NCBI RefSeq assembly: GCF_001194135.2
Contig: NC_068982.1
Span: 164,922,225-164,986,224, forward strand
From: Octopus bimaculoides
Lineage: Eukaryota
DNA length: 64,000 bases
Direction of reading: 5' to 3'
Shown: piece by piece, positions 1 through 10,135 of the stretch
Numbering within the stretch: position 1 is the first letter of the stretch
Layout: each line of letters starts with the position of its first letter
The notes under the pieces: generated by a model
The model's input: only the letters and a program-made list of their open reading frames with translations
Databases searched by the model: none
Told to the model about the DNA's origin: nothing
Made by a program: the position numbers and the translations under genes

Positions 1-36
1 ATATACACATACACATACATATGAATACATGCATCC

Positions 37-68
<32 letters not shown>

Positions 69-262
69 TTATATCACATTCGTTTTCTCTTTCTCTCACT
101 CTTTCGCACACGCGCTTTTCCTCTTCGCGTAGAAATACATAGACATGCGTATATATATATATATATATATATGTATATAAATATACATACATAATACATA
201 CATACATACATACATACATACATACACACATACATACACATACACATATATCTGTAGATATG
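1..262. repeat. Compound (TA)n/(CATA)n/(CA)n microsatellite tract
   Basis: Direct reading of di- and tetranucleotide repeats; explains ORF 96..326. Confidence 0.9.
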
Positions 263-2497
263 TGACCATGCCTCTGTGGAAAACCCTTGATCTCCAAAAC
301 CCTTGTAATGTTGTTAAATTAGTCAATGGTTACAATTCGGTTTGAGATCTAAGTAATACATCTCCGTTGTTATAGCCATCAAAATACACATAAACCCTAT
401 TTCTCGCTTTTGTTATTGCTCTTCTCTTATATATAGCAATGTTTTGTGGTTACTACTTGCGCAGACATCAAAACATAATCCTTTCTATTAAAACCAATGA
501 TATTTCATTTGTGGCATATCACATTCTTGGAAGTTTAAAATGGTAATATATCAAACTGTGTGTTATTCAGAAACATATTTATTTCATTTTCCTTCAGTTG
601 TATATTGCAGAAGTCGGAAAAACAATTTTTTCATAATACTTAGGAACACTGTTTGAATTTAATATTTGATATTAGGCTTTAAAGCATTCTCCTGATCTAT
701 GTCAGCTACTTGTAATCCTTTTGTTAGACTAGGCTATTTTAGGGGCAATTTATGCAAATATATGCGAAATATTACAAAGGAATGTATCGTAAGACTTGCG
801 TGAAATAGGAAGCGAGAAGGCAATAAATTCTAGGGATATACACAACACTTTCAGAAGGGGGTGGGGAACAGCAGTTATTTGACATGCCCCAAAAATATTG
901 CAATGATGGGGGACATGAAATGTATGCATAAATATAATATACGAAAACAACTTCATAATGTTTAGAAAGACACATGAAATAAATATGTGTTTGAAAACTC
1001 AGGGTTGACTATTGTGCAAAATTTTACAGTCGTGTAATATACATTTATGGCTCTATTGAAGTTTAGAGGTAACCTTTCCGATAAAAGTTACCAATATTTA
1101 CAACTAACGGAATTCAATATAAGCACCTTAGGCTATTTTAGTTAATTATAGCTTTATGCATTTTGGAAATTAGTATTATTACTATTCTAAAGAAATATAT
1201 AGGGAAAGAGTTCTTCAGATTTTTCATTTCGGATAGTCTTAAATCTTCTTTCCGTTTATAAATTGTTCTTGCACACTCCTTATTCAACTGAGCTGTACCC
1301 TGTCGTATATAAAATAGCACGATCTTTTACGTAATTTTCTTAAACGTATAGAAATTCACCATGCACGCCTACTGATCAGTCGTCAATTCCTCTCTTGACC
1401 GTACTTGAAGCAGTGAAATATATCGCTTACAGTGCATATATAGACACTATTGTTGAAAATTAATGGTCTTGATCACATACAGTGTTGTTATGAACTTTCT
1501 ACTTTCCCATCGGTTGTTAGAAATATTTATGAATACTCATATGCACCAGCAATTTAACACTTATGAAAGAAATGATTTCGTTCAGATGACGTTATTGTTC
1601 AATTTTAAGTTAGAAGTAGTTCTAATAATGTAAACATTATCGATGTTAGATGCTTAATGTGCGTGTTTTGTTTAAACGCTTTCAGGCTACGATATTTCGT
1701 CCTAGGAGAATCCTTTTAATACGTAGATCGTTAATAAAAAATAACACCGACTAACTCAAAACCAGACGATAAAAAATAGCCTCGTTTTGAGGTATTCAGT
1801 GTTTGATAACAAACAATATCTTAAAGGGAGTTTCTCTAGGCAACATGCCGAGGCCTAATAACACATATTTAATTTAAGACATATTTAATTTATCCTTTAT
1901 AGTTACTGAAGAGGTGAAAATAGCAAATGTTCAAGAAGTTTGATGACAAGCGCTACAACTTTTGTGTCAGAAGTTGGAAACCTACTAGGAATGGATTATC
2001 CACTACACGTGAAAAAACTTGTAAATATTTTGATCAGACTGCCCTACATTGCTCGATAAATTTTGAAATCGGTTGAATCGAGGCCACTATGTGTAAGTAA
2101 TGATTTTATATGCACTACTTACATGTTTACTACTTCTTTGATTTTTCCGGAAGAAGAGATGAATTGCTTAAGAGACTGGATATTATTTAAATTTGTATTA
2201 ACGAATCTGAAAATACCAAACTACAGAACGCGTTCTTTGCCAAGAATATTGATTTGGCTTTCATTAGCTAACCAAGGTTTCTTTGTGGCGAACTAATGCG
2301 TTTGCCTTAGTTGCATTGTTGAAAAAATAAAAATAGACGTCGGTAATTCAGTTGAAAGAAGACTGTGATCAAAGGGAAATATTTATGTTCTACTAAATTT
2401 CAAGCGTATTTTAAAATTCAATGATTACAATTCTATGAAATGTACCTTCTCTCTTTCTCTGTGACTCTCTTTCAGTCTGCCTTTCTGCCCCTGTCAG

Positions 2498-2580
<83 letters not shown>
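2498..2580. repeat. (TATC)n microsatellite
   Basis: About 20 consecutive TATC units. Confidence 0.97.
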
Positions 2581-3404
2581 GTGTGTGTGTCTGTGCATGT
2601 GTGTGCGACCGCCCGATGGTATGTGAGTGTGTGCGTCTGGTTGTGTGAGCGTTCGTGTATTTGTGTGTGTCGATTGTGCATATCTTTACCGACAGAAATC
2701 TGCGAAGAAAACAAACGAGTCGAAAATTAAGTTTTACGAACGAAACCCATTGATATCCTTGTGTATAGAGTCAGGTGCTCCCTAGCACTCAGAAGCGTAG
2801 TTAGCCAGTGACTGATGCGCTGTAAGTTTATGTTGAACAGTAATTTTGTCAACGGATTCAAATACAAAGCATATTTTAAGAAATATATTTTGTTTCTACA
2901 TGTGCACTGTGAACATTTTTATCATATATTGCTTTCATTCTGAAAGAGGACAATGACGGCAGCATAAAAAGTTACAGGAAATTACTAACATTATCCTTTC
3001 ACAAAAGTCTTCGTATACCTTCAAAAATGTCATTACGAATGGACTGTCTTCCTATTGGGAATTGAAACAAGATTGCAGTTGCGTTTAAACACTTTATAAT
3101 ATTGGTAGAAATATTCGACAATGACGAGAATAAAGGCATTCAGTGCTGCATATTACTGTGACTACTGACTCTTCAATATCAAAGGAGTCTATAGTCACTC
3201 TTCCAAACTAAGTTAACATTTTAATGTTTTATAAATAGAAAACTATTTCGCACCTAGTGTATACAGTTAATTGCCACATTTTGTTTGGCATGTTGTCCAA
3301 AATGAAATACAGAATTATATTTCTTTATTTAACTTTGATATAATAACTGTTTGTTTGCTTTCCATTACAAATAGAAAATGGCGAGTATCCTTTGTACACT
3401 TTGT

Positions 3405-3445
<41 letters not shown>

Positions 3446-4149
3446 CGCATGCCGATATAACGTTACTAATACGAACAGCGAATTTCGAAAAATATTAAAT
3501 GCTTTTATATGTTCAATTCAAATCCATAGACCTGTTAAAAATAAACACCATTAAAGTACTAGGTCAAATATGAATATCCATTCTCCTATCGTCTATAGTT
3601 TTGCGTAGATGTGAAATATAATCATGACTTAATAAATAATTTTATTTAAATGTAGAAGAATATCTACGAGATTTTCGTCTCTCATAATATATAACAATAT
3701 TATATATTTGACATTCTTTGAAATGTATTTCAAAAGGTTTTCGTGTTTAAAGGGAGGCGCGTAAGTATAAAATGTGGGGTAAAATTAATTTTCAATGGCT
3801 TAAATGTCATATTGATGAATAAATCAATGCAAAACAGAGTACATATTATTTAAGTAGCAATGAATATCAAGTCGATGAAACCGCAAATATAATCAACTTG
3901 TAGGAAGATATTTTCCAGAATCTCAATTCGGCACAAAAACGCAATTCAATTCTGATATGCAAATGGTCTTATCTATAGGACCATCCACAGTAAACTATTC
4001 AATTTAATGTTACGTTATTACGTGTTATTTATGCTATTGAAAGAAAAGTTTTGAAGACAGACTACTCTATGCAAGCTAGTTTCAATTTATGTTGAATTCT
4101 TTAGATGCTTCCGAACATTTATCATAATAAAAATACTCCGTATGTATAC

Positions 4150-4303
4150 ACATCGACCTTAGTGTTCAACTGCTACTTATGTTATCGACCCCAATAAGAT
4201 GAAAGTCAAAGTCAGTCTCGGTGGAATTTAAACTCAGATTGTAATCCCGGACGAAAGGTCGCTAAGCAGTGGCCCAAAATGCTAATGATTCTGCCAGTTC
4301 GCG
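4150..4303 (-). mobile_element. Diverged tRNA-derived SINE (family A, GGCGGTGAGCTGGCAGAA type), partial
   Basis: Reverse complement aligns by eye with 5559-5786 (gcgaactggcagaatcattagc ... gagtttaaattccaccgagactgactttgactttcatc ... ggggtcgataacataagtagcagttgaacactaaggtcgat). Confidence 0.8.
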
Positions 4304-4304
4304 G

Positions 4305-4346
4305 TATGTGTGTGTGTGTGTGTGCGTGTGTGTGTGTGAGTGAGTG

Positions 4347-4387
<41 letters not shown>

Positions 4388-4408
4388 GCGTGCGTGTGTG
4401 CGCGTGTT
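4305..4408. repeat. (GT)n microsatellite
   Basis: Direct reading. Confidence 0.95.
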
Positions 4409-4476
4409 TTAAATAAAATTAGACGACAAAGACAAGGGTGTGTGAAATTTTCAGGACATTTATAAAGAGAAAGTTA

Positions 4477-4524
4477 GCCTTACAGCTGTTTCTGAGATAT
4501 TAGGGACATCCCATCATCAGAGAC
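4477..4524 (-). ncRNA. Minimal type I hammerhead ribozyme candidate (Penelope-associated type)
   Basis: Minus strand: gtct-CTGATGA-tgggat-gtccctaat-atctca-GAAAC-agct-GTA-aggc. Intact core, 6-bp stem II, palindromic stem III (ACAGCTGT), GUA cleavage triplet, 4-bp stem I with one G-U. Confidence 0.7.
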
Positions 4525-4529
4525 GATGT

Positions 4530-5250
4530 GAGATGGTTAAATAGAGGGAAATATTAGAGTTCAACATGAGGAGTTATTTTGGAAAAGAGGCAAATATGGA
4601 GTATATAGGGAAATAATAAAATGAATGTAGAAGTAAAAATAAAAATGTATAAAGATGTTGTAGTTCCATTAACCAAGGAAAGTGGTGTGTAGAAGTGGTA
4701 GAAATGCTTCCTGTCCGTGGTATGTGAATTACAATAAGAGATAATATTTTGTAATCACAAATGGAAAGTGGGGAGACGTAGATTCCATGTGCTGTTCATT
4801 CAAAGGTGTCTTGTGGTGTGAATGAAAATTTGAGAATGATGTAGTGGTAGTATTAAGTGGATAGAGAAGGAAGAAGAGATGTGCATGTTAAAACGAAGAG
4901 AGAGAGAGAGATCAAAGGAAAAGGTGAGAAAAGAAGAAGAAAAATAAGAGGAAGACAAAATAAAAAGAAGAGAACATGAAAAAGTGTAAGAAAGTGAATA
5001 AAGTGAAAAAAGAAGTGTTAGTTGGTGGTTAAGATATTATGAGGAGGGTGGGAGAGCAATAGGGGAGGGATAGGAAGAGATAGGAATGTAAGTAATAAAT
5101 ATTTGTGAGATGTGTGAGGTCGTGTGATATGTTAGAATGGCATTAAGGGATGGCTACAGAAACAGGTATAGAAGGGGATTTTCTAAAGTGAGTTGTAAAT
5201 CGCAAAACGGAAGGGAGGAATACTAAGAATGGTCAAGTTTCTATAAACAG
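4530..5250 (-). repeat. Purine-rich (plus strand) repeat body upstream of the hammerhead; possible Penelope-like pLTR remnant
   Basis: Strong A/G strand skew adjoining the ribozyme motif; no recognisable ORF. Confidence 0.3.
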
Positions 5251-5558
5251 ACTTATGTGCTTATTCTATTGGCTAATGTGATAGTGTGGGTAGAGGAATC
5301 AGTAAGAAAGAAAGACAGCAGTGTATATCGATATACGCACGCACACATGTACATATATATACACATATATACATATATACTCATACGCATGCATGCACAC
5401 ACATGCAAACATACACATACATACATAAACACACACACATATATATATATATGCACACACACGCATACCCATAAATACATGCATATACGCATACACGTGC
5501 ACCCATATACATCCATACATGCGCACATAGACACATACACGTACACACAATCATACAC

Positions 5559-5786
5559 TAAGGCGGTGAGCTGGCAGAAACGTTAGCACGCCGGGCGAAA
5601 CGCTTAGCCGTATTTCGTCTGCCGCTACGTTCTGAGTTCAAATTCCGCCGAGGTCGACTTTGCCTTTCATCCTTTCGGGGTCGATTAAATAAGTACCAGT
5701 TAAGCACTGGGGTCGATATAATCGACTTAATCCGTTTGTCTGTCCTTGTTTGCCCCCTCTGTGTGTAGCCCCTTGTGGGTAGTAAA
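5559..5786 (+). mobile_element. tRNA-derived SINE (family A), full length, with 18-bp target-site duplication
   Basis: A-box/B-box-like head (ggcggtgagctggcag ... gagttcaaattcc); GTACACACAATCATACAC at 5541-5558 and 5787-5804; homologous copies at 4150 and 55559. Confidence 0.92.
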
Positions 5787-5934
5787 GTACACACAATCAT
5801 ACACACACAATCATACACACACACACACATATATATATTTATATACATATACATACGTACATACATCCGCATACGTACGCGTATGCATGTCCGTATATGC
5901 AGTATTAAACAATCAAAATAAAACTGAAGAGTTA

Positions 5935-7320
5935 CAAAATAAATGAGAAGTCAAATAGGGTTGTTGGGGAATACCTAAGTGGTGTTCGGGATATGTGCTG
6001 CGTCGTCACTTAGGTTGCATTAAGATTTGTGGTAAAATTTGAAGGTATGAAAAAAGCGGTTGTTGCATGTACCTAGAGCTTCATTATATTTATTTAGTAG
6101 TATTGAAGAGTTGTGTTTTAATATGTGGAATGCCTCTTTTAGGCATACCTTACAGGCTGAGCGTTGACTTTGGTATGGAAGCCCTAAATCTATTATGGAC
6201 CATGACAAGATGTAGGGAATATTTCAATTTTTTAGATGATGTATGTTACTGGCGAGTGTTGTGGATTTGCTGTGTTTCTCGTATGTAAAAGAATTGAAGG
6301 GCGCAGCGTACCGTTGTTTAAAATTTATAGTTGATCATATATATATATATATATAGCTGTAGAATTGTGTAACGTGTTGAGGACGGTGCATTTATAAATT
6401 ACAGTAGACCTTCTGCAATGGATTTGTAGAAGGCAGATGGTCCAAGGACGGCAGTTACATGGTAGTTCATTGTGGGGATTATTCTCAGGAATGGAGGGGG
6501 TAACACTGTCAGAGGAGAGGTTAAAGATGGTGGTAGATTGGTCGATGTTATTAACATTATTATTGCTATTATCATTACTATTTCTATCGTTGTTGTTATT
6601 CATCCTATCTGTAATAGTGGCGGAAATTGTGGTAGTAGTATTCTGGTAAGTGTTAGTGGTATTAGTAGGGTTTCTGTTGTGGTTTAAAGTATAGGGTTCG
6701 ATATTGGAGCTATGTATATGTTGGGCGCTCGCGTATTCAGAGTTGTTACAATGTAAGTTTTGATAATAGAGAAAAAGTTTTCGTTTATTAGAAGCTGTTA
6801 CGATAGACTCAAAGTTGGGCGGGGCGGAGTAGGATAGCTTTACGGTAGATTTATTAAAGATAGCGCAATATTTATGCTGACGAGGGAAGTTGGAGTACAG
6901 TATATTAAAAAAGAATATAGCTAAATTCTTAACGTTTAGTGAAAAGGGCGGTCTATACTATAGAATAGAGCGTCCAGCGCTTTTTTTGGTTGCTTAAGGA
7001 GAGTGTTATCTATACGTTTAGAAATTAAAGGGGGCTAATACTGCGCGTTATTGTTAGATGTTTTAGCTTTTGACCTAGTGATATATGTGTGTGTGTGTGT
7101 GGTGTCTAAGTTGTCTTAATCTGGGTTCTCTCGGGCTTCTAGTATAGTGTATGTGTGGTCGGTTTTGATTCTGGTGGTTGGCATGTCGTTGTGATATGAT
7201 TTGAGATATATGCTGTTTGAGCGTAGTATTAGGGATGTATTCTATCTGTTGGAAGAAGCCGCTGGCGGCGAGCGTTTGGTTGTAATATGAGGCGTGATTA
7301 TCGTATATTTCCTCACAGTG
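5935..7320 (-). mobile_element. Penelope-like retroelement 3' part (RT thumb, linker, GIY-YIG endonuclease), decayed
   Basis: Minus translations: CEEIYDNHASYYNQTLAASGF; RSIL*YRPPFSLNVKN..NFPRQHKYCAIFNKSTVKLSYSAPPNFESIV; CNCRPWTICLLQIHCRRSTVIYKCTV; NFKQRYAAPFNSFTYEKHSKSTTLAS; WSIIDLGLPYQSQRSACKVCLKEAFHILKHNSSILLNKYNE. All are typical PLE motifs. Confidence 0.9.
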
Positions 7321-7328
7321 GATGAGAA

Positions 7329-7359
<31 letters not shown>

Positions 7360-7631
7360 NNNNNNNNNNTCTTAACTAAGAATGTGTGTGTGAGAGAAAG
7401 GGAGAGAGAGAGAGAGCATCTGTTAAAATCCTGCCATACGTGCAATTTTTTTTTTTTTTTGCATAGAAAAGCTAATTTTTTGTGAAATTGATTCATGCAT
7501 TGTGTTCATATTGATTAAAATTAACATATATGTCTAACGTTGTCATCAGTTTCCCATGATTTTTTTAATCTTTCAGTTCATACTTTTTTGAATAATGCGA
7601 ATAATTTCGTACATTTTTTTTTAATGAAGTG

Positions 7632-8200
7632 CTACAAATAAAGATAAAGTCTATTAGAATTTTCAGAATTGAAGTTTTGATTTAATGATCTGTAAAGCTG
7701 TACAATAGAATTCATATCTGGAGAATCTCTCGAATAAAACAATATCTCATTTCCATAGTCTCTGCTTTTTTTGACTAATTTGGTTAAATGCATAGGAGAA
7801 CGATTACAAATTGAGCCGAATTCTTCAAAATTTGAAAGATATAACGATATACTTTTGTTAAACATTATTTCTAGTAATACTGTATAATGATCAAGAGAAT
7901 AAGTTGCCCAGCAACCAGATAAGAAAGACACTCCGAAATTATACAACAGCTTCCGAATCAAATTTGCAATTTTAAGCAATATACATTGAATTCTACAGAT
8001 GACCTTCTCGCATGTCAAACCAACAGAGTCGCAGAATATTGAGATTTTTGATTTTATGCTTTTTATCAGCATTTTTTGTTATTTACCAAATAATTGTTCC
8101 AACAACACATTCTGGATTATTAACGCAAGTATCGAATATTTTGTCAAAATACATGATTCTTTTTCAAGAATACAATATTCAATGAACAAGTGAGGGTCTG
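7632..8200 (-). other. Unidentified 146-aa ORF plus frameshifted upstream continuation (possible decayed gene or transposase)
   Basis: Longest non-repeat, non-TE ORF (7632-8072) with complex composition; family not recognised, no splice support. Confidence 0.25.
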
Positions 8201-9112
8201 ATTGTTTTTAATACTAGGTTTTCTTTGATATTCAAAAACAATTTTCTGCTTTTCCCCCTCTCCCTTTCTGAAATTGACACACCTTTCATATATTTCAAGA
8301 TACTAATCTAAGTATAATGGCTAAGGAATGAAACGTCTATTTTTATCTTATCTTTTTGACAGCTTTCTTTTGATGTTTCTGAACTGAAAAATAAATCCCA
8401 TCAAAGAAAGAGAGAAATGTTTACCTCCTTTAGTGAAAACTATCGAATTTAAAAGAGAAAAATAATACAGCGTGTAATTGAGAAAGCCGATAGAAAATAA
8501 AAAAAAATTCCCTTGAAAAAGATGTTTGTGGATAATATATTTCTCCATGCGAAATTAAGTAATAGTACTCAAGTGAGTAGTAAATACAAACGCCTAATTT
8601 TTAAGTCAACTATTCTATTTTTCACTATAGTAAAAAGCATACACATGCACATTCATTGTGGGAGCAAAGTAATAATATACTTAAAGTCACTATGTTCATT
8701 TTTGTGACCAAATTATGCACTTATCTAATACAATTCTTTACTAAATTGTTTATGATCAAGTTAACTGAAAAGGACCAATGCTCTGTTTTAAGTTGAGATA
8801 TTTTGATACAAAATCGGCCAAGTAAAAAGCGTTTCGCTAATATGTGTTAAAAATAGGAGAGTAACGCATACATGCAAAGCTTAAGCTTTGCAGTGTCTGT
8901 TATTAATCGAATTGAAGTTTTACTTGTGAAATATGAAATACTGAAAACCTCGTCAAGGTTTCACCAATAGAATAAAAAGAACTTATGAAGTAATAATTGG
9001 TTAAATCGCAATGTACATGTGTCTCTGTGTTCGCGCGCGCTTGTGTGTATATGTTTGTGCTCGTGTTTCGGTGATTGTGCGCGCGTGTTTGAGTATGTGT
9101 GTGCGCGTGTTT

Positions 9113-9153
<41 letters not shown>

Positions 9154-9274
9154 AGCGTTTGTGCGTGTTTGCGTGGTGTGTGTCTATGTTCATCTGGGGC
9201 ATATATGCAAATAGTGTGAAGTCTATTTGCTGATGTGTTGTGGCGTAGCAGATATGAAAAAAAAAAAAAAATTG

Positions 9275-9624
9275 AAATTTCGAATTAAAAGCACCTCTGA
9301 TAAAATAAGCTTTATCGGTCGCACATACACGGTGAATGTGTTTCTTGTGCAGGATAGCGTCTTGGGAAAGCTCCCTACAAAATGCCGAATGTTCAAGAAT
9401 ACTAAATAACACTGACGAGCTATCGATATATAAGATTCTTAATCACTTCGGGCGAGTTGCTTCACCTGCCTGGGACATTCAGTGATCTTTAACACTCGGC
9501 ATCGTTTAGGGAGTTTTTCCTTGATGCTATGACGCAGAAAATTGGCATATAAACAAATCATATACACTATGGATGTACGATCGACAATGCTTGCATAATC
9601 AGAGCAGTTTTTAATTCGAAATTT
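9275..9624. mobile_element. Old palindromic MITE / foldback element
   Basis: Arms of about 135 bp are reverse complements (AAATTTCGAATTAAAA at both ends; atagcgtcttgggaaagctccctacaaaatgccgaatgttcaaga matches revcomp of about 9480-9531); spacer about 70 bp. Confidence 0.8.
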
Positions 9625-9863
9625 GATAAATAAAAAAGTGAATAAATATATGTATGTATTTATGTACATATGTATGTCTGTATGTATGTATGTGTATGCC
9701 TGTATGCATGTATGTGTATATGTTTGTGTCAAAGACAAAGAAACAGTACAAGTGTTTACTTTCCTACCCATACACATACATACTGTCGCATACAGATAGA
9801 CTCAAACACAGTACATACACACACGCGCACACAGAGAAACGCACAGGCACACATCCTCTCTCT

Positions 9864-9906
<43 letters not shown>

Positions 9907-10072
9907 NNNNNNNNNNNNNNNNNNNNNNNNNNNNNNNNNNNNNNNNNNNNNNNNNNNNNNNNNNNNNNNNNNNNNNNNNNNNNNNNNNNNNNNNNNNNNN
10001 NNNNNNNNNNNNNNNNNNNNNNNNNNNNNNNNNNNNNNNNNNNNNNNNNNNNNNNNNNNNNNNNNNNNNNNN

Positions 10073-10135
<63 letters not shown>

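Noticed and set aside
5940-7330. G/T-skewed block initially resembling a mitochondrial or viral insertion
   Set aside because: Minus-strand translation gives Penelope-like RT/GIY-YIG motifs.
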